A stretch of 47,796 nucleotides of DNA from an uncultured Chthonomonadaceae bacterium (lineage in GTDB: Bacteria > Armatimonadota > Chthonomonadetes > Chthonomonadales > Chthonomonadaceae). Shown here piece by piece: positions 10,152 to 20,176 of this stretch (its first letter is position 1; the number at the start of each line of letters is the position of its first letter). Below the pieces are notes generated by a model. That model did no database searches. It had not been told where the DNA came from and saw nothing but the letters and a program-made list of their open reading frames with translations. The position numbers and the translations under genes were made by a program. Location: positions 1 to 47,796 of the forward strand of contig CAWIEK010000028.1 in assembly GCA_963835065.1 (NCBI GenBank), read 5' to 3'.

Positions 10152-13100
10152 ATGAGTACACCGTTCTCGAAGCAGAGTCGGCGCAAATTTTTTCGTAATA
10201 CGGCACAGGGAATGGCCGCCGCATCACTGGCAGTCTCCTCGGCAACGGCGGCATTGGCGGAGGAACCGCCGTTACTGGTTGATCTGGATGCGCGGGACGC
10301 AAGCGCGGGAACGTCGGAATGGCGCAATGGGGGAACGCTCGGCGCGTTTCGGCGCGTGGGGCTGCCGACTGTTGGCGAAGTGGGCGGCGTTCGGGCGGTT
10401 CGTTTTGACGGCAAGCAGGATGCGTATGTGGGGCCGCGCTCCGTTGCGGCGATAGAAGGCAACGGGGCGCGAGCCATTGAGGTGTGGGTGTTCAATCCCA
10501 CCGTTGATGCGCCGGAAGAAACCGTTGTGGCGTGGGGCCGACGCGGCGGGCCGGATGCCTCGGATATGTCGCTCAACTACGGCAACAGCGGGGCGTATGG
10601 CGCGGTCACGCATTGGGCTGCCGATATGGGCTGGAACGGCGTACCGGAAGCTGGTCAGTGGCATCATCTCGTTTACACTTACGATGGCAAAATGGCGCGG
10701 ATTTATGACAACGGCGTCGAACGGAACAGTCGCCCACTGCGTTTGAACACCGCGCCCAACAATACCATCAACATCGGGGCGCAAAACGGCGCGAACGGGC
10801 AGATACAGTTTGTGAATGAGTTTGACCGGACGCAGCAGGCGGGTTCCGTCTGGATCGCGTCCGTTCGCGTTTCTGCGGGCGCGTTGTCTCGTGACACAAT
10901 CCGCAAGCGCTTTCAGCAGGACGCGCTACGCTACAAAGCCGTCGCCCCGCCGCCGCAGTTCGACATGCTGGAAGCGGGAACGGAAACCCTGCAAACCCCG
11001 ACATTCGCGCTGACGCTGCTCCAAAGTACCCGCGTCGCGCAGGCTCTGGTTGCCCGCGAGTCCGGCGTTGATTTTCTCCCTTCCGACCGCATGGAACTGC
11101 GCGCGGGCGACCACTTTTACCATTTGGGTGACGTGACGTTTCGCGTTCGGGTAAAAGACGAAAAGTGGAAGTTCTACTCGTCTGCCGACAAACGCGCCGC
11201 CTCTGTTTCGGACAAATTGCAAGTGCCCCTGCCCGGTCCTGAACCCTCACAATGGACAGGCCGATTTTTGCGGGATGCAATGCCTGCCTTCGGTTCCGAT
11301 TGTCCGATTACGATAGAACGCTACTGGGGCGCGGTTGGCGACGATCTGGTTTTGCGTTTTCGCCTGACGAATACCACTGCGCAAACAGTTGAATTGGGCG
11401 CGTTCGGCGTGGCGATGGCGTTCAACAACATTCTGTCGAACCGCCCGCTGGAAGAAGCGCATGAAAAATGCGTTTTTGTTGATCCCTATATCGGGGATGA
11501 GGCCGGGTATGCGCAGGTAACGCGCTTGAACGGCAAAGGCCCTGCGCTGCTCGTCCTGCCGGAAAACGGGACGGCGTTTGAAGCGTACCGCCCCCTGCGC
11601 GATGACCGAACGCCCCGCGATGTCACGTTTGAAGGCTTCTACGAGTGGATGGTACATTCCAAAGCCTATGCGGAAAACGAGTGGCAGAACGCGCCCGCAT
11701 GGAATCAGCCGACTTCCCGCATGTTGCATCCCGGCGTTTCCATAACGTATGGCTTCCGGTTCACGCAGGCTCCCGACATTCGGCGTATTGAAGAAACGCT
11801 GATGAAGAAGAAGCAGCCGGTTGTCGTCAGCATCCCCGGCTATGTTCTTGCAACGGATCAAACGGCGCGCTTGTTGGTACATCCGGCAAACCGCGTTCCG
11901 GGTTCTGTCACCAACATCCGCGTAGAGCCTTTTGATGCGCTGGAAGTGCAGCCGGATGCGCAATTGGAACAAGACGGCTGGGAATTCTATACGGTGACGG
12001 GCAAGCGCGTCGGACTTTGTCGCCTGCGCATCTTCTATTCCGACAAAACGCAGCAATGCGTTTCGTACAACGTGATTGCGCCGGAAGCGGAACAGGTACG
12101 GAATTTGGGCGCGTACCATGCCAAAAAACAATGGTACGACGATCCAAGCGACCCTTTCGGCAGAACCAACTCGTTTATGCCGGTCAACCGCGAAACGGGC
12201 AAAATCGTCCTGCAACATTCGCATGTCTGGATGGTGGGATTAAGCGACGAAATGGGCGCGGGGCCGTCCGTCGCCCTCGCAATGAAGAATTTGGGGCAGC
12301 CGGACGCGCATGAGATCGGATTGCTGGAAAAGTACGTCAACACTACGCTGTGGGGCAAACTGCAAAACCCGGATTACGGCGTTCGCGCCAGCCTGTTCTA
12401 TTACGAGCCGCGCCTTGCATCCGGGATATTACACGATACGAAGCGGGTGGGACAAGGCGCGAACCGAAACGACGTGGCGGGCGTTCAATTATCCGCATGT
12501 CGCCTGCGTGTACTGGTGTTTGTACCGATTGGCGCGGAACCATACAGGGCTGGTGAAAACCCGACAGTGGGACTGGTATCTGCGGCAGGCGTACCGGACG
12601 GCAATGGCGATGCAAACGCACTGCGGCAGGCGCGTGACCGATGGGCTGGCGCAGTTCGGCCTGATGGTGGGCAGCGTGTTCGTGGAAATCCTGCGGGACT
12701 TGCAGCGCGAAGGCTGGCAGGCGGAAGCGTCCACATTGGAAGGTTACATGCGGCAGCGCGCGGAACACTGGAAATCCCTGCGCTACCCGTTCGGCAGCGA
12801 AATGCCCTGGGACTCGACGGGGCAGGAAGAAGTGTACAGTTGGTGTCGCTACTTCGGCTTTGACGACAAGGCGCAGGTGACGGCGGCTGCCATTTTAGGC
12901 TACATGCCGACTGTTCCCAACTGGGCGTACAACGGGGCGGCGCGGCGGTACTTCGATGCGCCTGTAAACGGTACGCGCTGGCCCGACATTGGCCGCATGA
13001 CGAACCATTACGGCTCGTCCCTGAACGCTATTCCGGTTTTGGACAATTACCGCCGCCACCCGGACGACTTTTATTCGCTGCGCGTGGGCTACGCCGGCAT

Positions 13101-13695
13101 GAATCAGGTCATCGCCAACATCAACCCGGAAGGGCACGGTTCGTATGGCTTCGACGCCACGCCCGCCGTACTGCAATTCGACCCCTACACGGCGGATTAC
13201 GGCATGGCGTTTTACGGCTACGCCCGCAATGCCGGGGCGTATGTCGTGAAGCATCCCGTTTTCGGCTGGCTCGGCTTCGGCTGCAATGTGCGTCAGGAAA
13301 ATGTCCGGCAGGGAAATGCCCGGCAGGGAAGTATCGGAAATCAAAACGGCAATGTTCCGCAAGACAACGGGCCGGTTCACATCGCGCCGCGTGACGCTTT
13401 CCGGCAGCGCGTGTTTGTCGCGCCCCTCAGCCTGAACCTGACGCTGGATGCGGGAACTATCGAAAGCGTGACCGCGCAAACCGACGTGAAAAGCGCGCGC
13501 GTCACTTTGGGCGCGGCAACGGCAGCCACGCCAGCCGCGCGTCTGCGGCTGGAAAATCCGCAGGGCGGTCAGGCAAATACGCCAATATGGACGCCATCGG
13601 CAAAATGGAAACAGGAACGGGGCGCGTATGTGGTCCCACTCACGTCCTCACCAACGACGATTGAGTTGAAATTAGCCGCGAATGAACGCGAATAA
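10152..13695 (+). CDS. Tat-exported LamG + DUF5695 (putative glycoside hydrolase) protein; one frameshift near 12411
   Basis: SRRKFF twin-arginine signal; LamG motif GQWHHLVYTYDG; TWRAFNYPH, YPFGSEMPWDSTGQEEVY. ORFs 10152..12863 and 12310..13695 join at YYEP/ALHPGYY. Confidence 0.8.
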
Positions 13696-13699
13696 ACGC
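13673..13699 (+). repeat. Dispersed 27-bp repeat encoding AANERE*
   Basis: TAGCCGCGAATGAACGCGAATAAACGC, identical at 42001-42027 (-) and about 43090-43116 (-). Confidence 0.9.
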
Positions 13700-13711
13700 A
13701 AATACAAGTTC

Positions 13712-13806
13712 ACCACAGAGACACAGAGACACAGAGGGGGCACAGAGAGAATAAAAAGCCCCTCTCCTAGCGCGTTGCGCGGCAAGGAGAGGGGGTTGGG
13801 GTGAGG
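13712..13806. repeat. Intergenic repeat cluster: (acacagag)n plus a CCCCTCTCCT...AGGAGAGGGG-GTTGGGGTGAGG hairpin
   Basis: accacagagacacagagacacagag shares its core with the 8329 element; the hairpin resembles the 5185 element; lies between convergent genes. Confidence 0.65.
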
Positions 13807-13822
13807 TCATTTCACGCTGAGG

Positions 13823-14359
13823 CTATCGGCGCAGTTCCTGCAAGTCGGCTTCGGCGGCGGGTTCGTCTTGAAGGTAGGAAGCGAGTGGCGGGATAGGGGT
13901 TACAGTCTGTGCCGCATCTAAATCAGCGTTTGGGACGCGCAGCAGTTGTTCGGGGGCGGTTTGCGCATCACTTGTCGCAGGCCGAAGCAAAACCTCCTGC
14001 GTTTCGTCCGGGCGGGTTGTGCCGCGCAGCAGCGTAAGCGCGTCTTTGGCAAAATCGGCGGGATGGTAGTAGTCTACGCCGTTGATGTTCATGCGCGGCT
14101 TGATGTCTTTGTCCTGCGCCACAGCAGCCAGAGTTTCCTCGTTCACGCCGAAGCGGGCGGAAAGTTGATCGGCGGTATCCAGCGAACGAACTTGCCGCGC
14201 CATTCTGCGCATCCACAGCCCGGAACCGCCGAATGCCAGCGTATGAATTCCCGATACGAATAGAATTACCGTGAAAACAGCCGGCCACGAGAGGGTGAAC
14301 AGCGCGTACAGCAGAAGCGTCAGCATGACAGCGCCGGCACACGCGCCGTAGACCATCAT
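13823..14359 (-). CDS. Hypothetical membrane protein with triple-LLR C-terminal motif
   Basis: Two transmembrane helices, then PRMNINGVDYYHPADF and LLRG...LLRP...PEQLLR. The frame stays open upstream to about 14473, so the true start is probably earlier. Confidence 0.7.
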   Translation of the reverse strand: MMVYGACAGAVMLTLLLYALFTLSWPAVFTVILFVSGIHTLAFGGSGLWMRRMARQVRSLDTADQLSARFGVNEETLAAVAQDKDIKPRMNINGVDYYHPADFAKDALTLLRGTTRPDETQEVLLRPATSDAQTAPEQLLRVPNADLDAAQTVTPIPPLASYLQDEPAAEADLQELRR

Positions 14360-14482
14360 GCCGATGCCTCCAACGTTCAGAATGCGCTGCCAGTTACGGC
14401 TGCCCTTCCATCGGCTGACGCCACGCTTGTCCTTACCCTTATAGTGGAATCCCCCAAATCGGCTGGCATAATCTCACCCCCA

Positions 14483-14925
14483 TCACTCCTGCGCCGCCCG
14501 CAGCAATTGTTCCGAATGCGCTTCCTCCGTGCCGATAGCAGGGCGCAGCAGTGTTTCTTGTGAACCGTCGGCTGAACCGAGGCGCGCAGTAACGTATTGG
14601 CATTGGCGAAATCAGCGGCGTGGAAAAAGGTCTACGCCATTCAACGCAGTAAGCGAGGTTGACTGTCGACTGTTGCTGCAACAGCCGCTCAACTTGCTGA
14701 TAGGTTAAGTCCAAGTGGCGGCAGGGGTTTGCCTATGCTCACACGCCAGATATCTATTCGTTCGAAAGCGATGCCCGCGCCAAGCGAGAAAGGCAAGCTG
14801 ATGGAGAAGCAAGAATAACCCACCGGCACGAGCAGCCCGGCAATGTCGGCGAGTTTTACGGACAATGATACTGCGCAATCAAAATACGATGCTACAGGGC
14901 GTAAAAGCGAGGTACCAAGCCGCAT
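14483..14925 (-). pseudogene. Frameshifted tandem paralog of the 13823..14359 gene; start approximate
   Basis: Alternating frames read LNGVD / FHAADFANANTLLRA / SQETLLRPAIGTEEAHSEQLLRAAQE* (stop 14483-14485), collinear with the downstream gene. Confidence 0.65.
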
Positions 14926-15012
14926 AAGGTGATGACAGAATGAGCGGTGAACAGAATTGACAGATTGCAGTCCTCAGTCGCCTTTGATGAGTTTGAGGTG
15001 ACGCGGCGTTTA

Positions 15013-16671
15013 TCATTTGTCAGGAGTACAATGTTCTTTCCCGCATAATTTAGCCTCGGGCGTAAGTTCTCCCGTAAAGCCTGTAAGGTTTGCTTCCACC
15101 GCGCGGACGGGAACCAGTTTGCCGATCAGCGAATCAAGGGAGCGGGTCCCTCCTTCGGGAACGGTGAAGTTGACCATTTTCAGGGTTCGGGTGTAGCCGC
15201 TCAAGCGATTGCGGTCACGCTGGCTGCGGCCTTCCACCAGAACCTCGAACACCTGCCCGACCTGCGCCTGATTGATTTCTACCGTAATCTGGTTCTGGCG
15301 GGCAATCAGGGCGTTCAGGCGCTCAATTTTCACCTTTTGCGGTATCTGATTTTCCATTACGGCGGCTTTGGTGTTCGGGCGCGGGCTGTACGCGAACATA
15401 AACGCCGAGTCAAAGCGGATTTCCTCGACCATTTGCATGGTGTTGGCAACCTGTTCATCCGTTTCGCCCGGATAGCCGAGCATCAAGTCCGTCGTGATGG
15501 CGATGCCGGGTACGCGGGCGCGCAGGCTGTCCACGATCTCGCGGTATCGCGCCGTCGTATACCCCCGGTGCATTTCCAGCAGCAAGTCGTCGTCTCCCAC
15601 CTGAAGCGGCAGGTGTACATGTTCACAGACGTGTTCCAACTTTCCGATGGCGTCAATTAGTTCATCGGTAAAATCGCGCGGGTAGGGACTGGTGAAGCGG
15701 ATGCGCTGTATGCCGCGTATGGCGTTGATCTGTTCCAGCAATTGCGCGAACGGAACCCGGCCTTCCGGCAAATTTTTGCCATACGAGTTGACCGTCTGGC
15801 CGAGCAGGGTGATTTCCCGCGTCCCGTTCCGTGCCATGCCTTCGATTTCCGCCAGCACTTCCGAAGTGGGGCGGCTGCGCTCCCGCCCCCGCGTCAGTGG
15901 CACGATGCAGAAGGTGCAGAACTTGTCGCACCCGTACATGATCGGCACATGCGCCTTCAGTTTGGCCTTGCGCTCCACGACGCGGGCGGGAATATCCGCC
16001 ACAATCGCGCCCTTACGCGGCGGAAGCTGCAGCGCCGTCAGCGTCACGCTTTGCGTCTTCCCCCGCGAGGTCAGGGCGGAGATGGGAATTAAGTTGATAG
16101 TTGATAGTTGATAGTTGATAGTAGTGCGCGCGTCCTCTTCTGTTCCCTGTTCCCTGTTCCCTGTTCCCTCTGTCTCTTCCTCAACTGGCTCGCCCAACTT
16201 CACGCGGCGTACCATTTCCGGGATCGCGGCGATGTTGCCCGTGCCGACGACCATATCTACGTGGGGGGCGCGGCGCTTGATTTCCGCGCTTTCCACTTGC
16301 GCCATGCAGCCACATACGCCGATGACCATGTCGGGGCGTTCGCGCTTGATGTCGCGGAGGCGTCCCAATTCGCTCCAGACTTTTTCTTCGGGCTTGGCGC
16401 GGACGGAACAGGTATTGAGCAGAACCACGTCCGCTGTTTCGGCGCTTGCTGTCGGCTGGTAGCCCATAGACTCCATGTACAGCGCGATCTGCTCCGAGTC
16501 TTCCTCGTTCATCTGGCAGCCCCACGTCATGATGTGATAGCCGGGAGCGGGTATGGCAGCAGCAGCCGGTTCCAAAGCCTCTGCCGGCAGCGATATGGTG
16601 GCGGGCAATATGATTTCCGGTATGTTCAATTCCAATAGGTTCAAAGTGGTTTCTTTCACGGTTTTACTCAC
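15013..16671 (-). CDS. miaB: tRNA-2-methylthio-N6-isopentenyladenosine synthase MiaB, with an in-frame repeat-derived insertion
   Basis: TWGCQMN, NTCSVR, GCMAQ, radical SAM GCDKFCTFCIVP, FAYSPRPNT, C-terminal TRAM domain. Confidence 0.95.
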   Translation of the reverse strand: MSKTVKETTLNLLELNIPEIILPATISLPAEALEPAAAAIPAPGYHIMTWGCQMNEEDSEQIALYMESMGYQPTASAETADVVLLNTCSVRAKPEEKVWSELGRLRDIKRERPDMVIGVCGCMAQVESAEIKRRAPHVDMVVGTGNIAAIPEMVRRVKLGEPVEEETEGTGNREQGTEEDARTTINYQLSTINLIPISALTSRGKTQSVTLTALQLPPRKGAIVADIPARVVERKAKLKAHVPIMYGCDKFCTFCIVPLTRGRERSRPTSEVLAEIEGMARNGTREITLLGQTVNSYGKNLPEGRVPFAQLLEQINAIRGIQRIRFTSPYPRDFTDELIDAIGKLEHVCEHVHLPLQVGDDDLLLEMHRGYTTARYREIVDSLRARVPGIAITTDLMLGYPGETDEQVANTMQMVEEIRFDSAFMFAYSPRPNTKAAVMENQIPQKVKIERLNALIARQNQITVEINQAQVGQVFEVLVEGRSQRDRNRLSGYTRTLKMVNFTVPEGGTRSLDSLIGKLVPVRAVEANLTGFTGELTPEAKLCGKEHCTPDK

Positions 16672-16945
16672 GAATGTTTTAGGTGTGGCCTATATCACGC
16701 TTGCTGCGTGAAACATTTGAAAACGCGCAGGCTACGAGAGTGCGTACAATAAATGTAGTATAGCAGATGCGTCCTTCGGTTGTCGAACCGGGCGGTTTAT
16801 CGCCGCCGATATAGGCACACGCCTTTCTAACAGGAACAAGCGCATTGCAATGCCAAAGGAAAGATGCTAGAATTGTAGGATGTTTACATTGGCGATATAG
16901 GGAATTTGTGTTGGCGGACATTGCGGAACGGAATGGTGAACGAGA

Positions 16946-18379
16946 ATGACCACAATTGATATGACAACTCGCGACCACGAAAGTATACAGCGGGAAAGCA
17001 AGCCGCAGGAGAGTATGCAGGCGCTCGAAAAACGGCTGGACTTGCGTGACCGGCAGCTGCATACGGTGCATGAAGTCAGTTCGGCGCTGGCCTCGCAAAC
17101 CGACCTGAACTCCATTCTGCGCGAAACCCTGCGCGTGTCGCTGAAAACCGTCAGCGCCGATGCCGGGTCCCTGCTGCTGTACAATGGGGAAACGCGCAAA
17201 CTGGTGTTCGAGTACGTTGTCGGCAAAACGGAACTGCTGGGCATTGAGATTGACCCGGAGACCGATGTGGACGGCAAGGCTTCCACCGTGTTTCGCACGG
17301 GGCTGCCGCTTGTCACGCTGGACACGCTGAAAGAAAAACACAACGATTTCTTTGACCGCAAAACCGGCTACAAAACGACCAGTATCCTGACCGTTCCCTT
17401 AAAACTGATGGGCGGCAAGCCTCTGGGCGTAATGCAGGCATTGAACAAAACCGAGGGGCATTTCGACGAAGAGGATCAGGAACTGCTGGAAATCGTCAGC
17501 AGTCTGGCCGCTACATCCATTGTCAACGCGCGGCTGGCCGAAGAAGCGCAGTTGGCGGCGGTCGCCCGCGCGGTGGGCGATTTAAGCCACGACATCAAAA
17601 ACGCCCTGACGCCCATCGAGTCTATGGTGGACACGACGGTAGAAGCCTTTTTCGAGCCGATGTACGAGGCGCTGGATGAGCATAAACCGCAATGGGAGGC
17701 GCAGTCGCCCAAAGTGACGGCGGAAATGCTGGATGTAATCGAGCCGCTGCGCGACTGGTATCCTGAAATGAAGTCATCCGTCAAAGACGGCTGCTCCGAT
17801 ATTCGGGAAATGGTGTCGGAAATCGCCGATTACATCAAGGGAACGCAGTCCACGTACATCGTGGAAAACAATCTGCGCGACGTTTTGGAGGAGCGGCTGC
17901 GGCGGCTGCGCGTGGTGGCAAAACAGCGGCGCGTGACCCTGCACCTGAACGAAGAGTTGGAGGAGCAGGACGCGCTTCCCAACTTCCCCTTTGATCGGCG
18001 GCTGGTCGGGCGGGCGGTGTTCAATCTGGTCAACAACGCGATGGGAGCCATCAACGACGCCGTAAAAAAGAAAACGCTGGAACTGCGCCCGTTCAACATC
18101 TGGATACGCGCGTCCGCCGTTCAGGAAGGCGAATGGCCGGACGGCGGGTACTGCCTGCTGGAAGTGCTGGACGACGGGCCGGGAATTCCCCCTCGCGTCC
18201 TGGCGTCGCTGTTCACGCCGCAGGTTATCAGCACAACGGTCGGCGGCACGGGCATCGGCACGCGCTTCATCAAAAACGTCGCCGACGCGCACGGCGGACT
18301 CGTCGGCGTGGAAAGCGAGCCGGGGAATGGGGCGCGGTTCTGGCTGAAGTTACCATTGAAAAGCAAGGATGAAGGATGA
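16946..18379 (+). CDS. GAF-domain sensor histidine kinase
   Basis: GAF region; H-box LSHDIKNALTP; N-box NLVNNA; DDGPGIP; GGTGIG. Confidence 0.92.
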   Translation: MTTIDMTTRDHESIQRESKPQESMQALEKRLDLRDRQLHTVHEVSSALASQTDLNSILRETLRVSLKTVSADAGSLLLYNGETRKLVFEYVVGKTELLGIEIDPETDVDGKASTVFRTGLPLVTLDTLKEKHNDFFDRKTGYKTTSILTVPLKLMGGKPLGVMQALNKTEGHFDEEDQELLEIVSSLAATSIVNARLAEEAQLAAVARAVGDLSHDIKNALTPIESMVDTTVEAFFEPMYEALDEHKPQWEAQSPKVTAEMLDVIEPLRDWYPEMKSSVKDGCSDIREMVSEIADYIKGTQSTYIVENNLRDVLEERLRRLRVVAKQRRVTLHLNEELEEQDALPNFPFDRRLVGRAVFNLVNNAMGAINDAVKKKTLELRPFNIWIRASAVQEGEWPDGGYCLLEVLDDGPGIPPRVLASLFTPQVISTTVGGTGIGTRFIKNVADAHGGLVGVESEPGNGARFWLKLPLKSKDEG

Positions 18380-18523
18380 AGGATGAAGGATGAATACTGC
18401 TGACCCCTACAGAATGAAACACAGCAGTTGCTATCCATCCTTGTCACCGTCGTTAAACGTGTCAAGCAGAACAAACAAGCGGAAGGATGAAGTTTTCATC
18501 CTTCATCCTTCATCCTTCATCCT
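18365..18523. repeat. Inverted pair of (AAGGATG)n / (CATCCTT)n heptamer arrays between convergent genes
   Basis: About 4 units at 18365-18393 (overlapping the kinase stop codon) and about 4 complementary units at 18495-18523. Confidence 0.85.
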
Positions 18524-18528
18524 TGCTT

Positions 18529-19227
18529 TTAGGCGCTTTGCTGTACCCGCACCTCCAACTCTTTCTTCTTGTGAACGGTCAGGCGGTAGCGGCTGTCTAC
18601 GGAGATATAACCTTTGGTGCGGTACGCGACCATGACTTGATTGACGCGCTCGCGGGACGCGCCGACGAGATCGGCAATATCCTGCTGTGTCAGGCGGATG
18701 GGAATGAGAATATCGCCATTGGGCTGCGTCTCGCCGTAGAGTTCGGCGAATTCCACGATTTGAAACGCGACAAGTCCGTAAACATCAAGGGTGCAGTGCG
18801 CCTGTATCCGCACATTAGCAAGGCGCAGGCGGCGGGCGAGTATCCGCATCATGTTGCGGGGGAAAGCGGAACCGGCCAGCATCAGATGGTCGAATGCGAC
18901 GCGGTCAATGCAGATCATCGTGGTGGGTTCCTGCGTCACCACGTCGGCGGAGCGCCCCCCGGAATCAATCAGGCTGATTTCCCCGACGGTATCGCCGGTG
19001 GCGAGCAGGGCAAGAAACACCTGCTGGCCGTCCGGCAAGGATGTGGAGATGCGTACCGTGCCATGCTGTATCACGTAAAAAGTTTCGCCGGGTTCTTCCT
19101 GGCTGAGAATAGTCACGCCGCTGCGATATGTGCGTTCGCGGGCGTGTTCGGCGATGACCGCCAATTGTTCGGGCGTCAAGCCTTCAAAAAGCGCGATTTT
19201 GGGCAGGCGATGTGGATCAAGTGCCAT
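18529..19227 (-). CDS. Crp/Fnr family transcriptional regulator
   Basis: cNMP-binding GEISLIDSGGRSADV; HTH LTQQDIADLVGASRERVN. Confidence 0.93.
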   Translation of the reverse strand: MALDPHRLPKIALFEGLTPEQLAVIAEHARERTYRSGVTILSQEEPGETFYVIQHGTVRISTSLPDGQQVFLALLATGDTVGEISLIDSGGRSADVVTQEPTTMICIDRVAFDHLMLAGSAFPRNMMRILARRLRLANVRIQAHCTLDVYGLVAFQIVEFAELYGETQPNGDILIPIRLTQQDIADLVGASRERVNQVMVAYRTKGYISVDSRYRLTVHKKKELEVRVQQSA

Positions 19228-19332
19228 GAACGTTCAACCTTCCCCGGACGCGAAATGCCGGTATTGCAAACCAAGCGCGACAAAGCAGACAAAAATTAGG
19301 ACGCGCGCCTAAATTAAGACAAGTATGGACGC

Positions 19333-19361
19333 ATTATAGACCGCACAACCGCACTTGTCAA
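19333..19361 (-). promoter_or_regulatory. Consensus sigma70 promoter upstream of the Crp gene
   Basis: TTGACA-N17-TATAAT on the minus strand, about 105 nt upstream of the start codon. Confidence 0.8.
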
Positions 19362-19475
19362 GTTGGTGTAGGCAAAGAATGTTTTGACTTCAGGAAATGT
19401 TTTTGTGCCGAAAAGCAACGAAAGCAACCTCAGAAACGCGCGGAACTGCGTAAATCCGTTGAATAAGGAGAAATT

Positions 19476-20090
19476 ATGCCCGAAGAAGTAGAATTAGACA
19501 TCCGCGAACAGCAGGAAAAGCTGGAAGAGCTGCATAAGGAGCATGAGGAACATGCCAAAGAACCGCATGGGCCGGGCTGGGCGCGGCTGATTTCTCTGAG
19601 TACCGCGGTATTGGCCGTTGTTGCGGCGATTGCGTCCCTGCACTCCGGCTCGCTGGTCAATGAAGCCTTGCTGGAGCAGATCAAGGGAACGCAGATACAG
19701 GCCAAAGCCTCCGATGGCTGGGCCTACTATCAGGCGAAAGCGCTCAAGCAGAACGGCGCGGAGCAGACGGCGGCAATTCTGGCGGCCAATCCCGCGCAAG
19801 CCAAAGTGACGGAGCATTACCGCGAAGAAGCGAAGCGCTACGGTGAGGAAAAGGAAAAGCAAAAGTCGGACGCGGAGAAATTGGAAGAACAGCGCGACAA
19901 AGCCAACGAAAACTCCGAACACTACATGCACAAGCACCACATCTTCGCTATTTGCGTCACCCTGACTCAAATCGCCATCGCGCTGTCCGCCATTGCCGCC
20001 CTGACACGCCGCAAAGACATCTGGTATGGCAGCCTGGCGGTAGGCTTAGCCGGTATAGTTACCATGATCTATGGGTACATGCAGCATTGA
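19476..20090 (+). CDS. DUF4337-like membrane protein
   Basis: RBS AAGGAG; TAVLAVVAAIASL...ASDGWAYYQAK...QIAIALSAIAALTR. Confidence 0.75.
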   Translation: MPEEVELDIREQQEKLEELHKEHEEHAKEPHGPGWARLISLSTAVLAVVAAIASLHSGSLVNEALLEQIKGTQIQAKASDGWAYYQAKALKQNGAEQTAAILAANPAQAKVTEHYREEAKRYGEEKEKQKSDAEKLEEQRDKANENSEHYMHKHHIFAICVTLTQIAIALSAIAALTRRKDIWYGSLAVGLAGIVTMIYGYMQH

Positions 20091-20172
20091 GATATTAGAT
20101 ATTAGATATTAGAGGAGGAGGAAGAAAGAACTAACCAGCGTCTCCATTCTCCTGCCTAATATCTAATATCTA
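20090..20172. repeat. Inverted pair of (GATATTA)n / (TAATATC)n heptamer arrays
   Basis: agatattagatattagatattaga ... ctaatatctaatatctaa, next to the IS insertion site. Confidence 0.75.
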
Positions 20173-20176
20173 AGTA

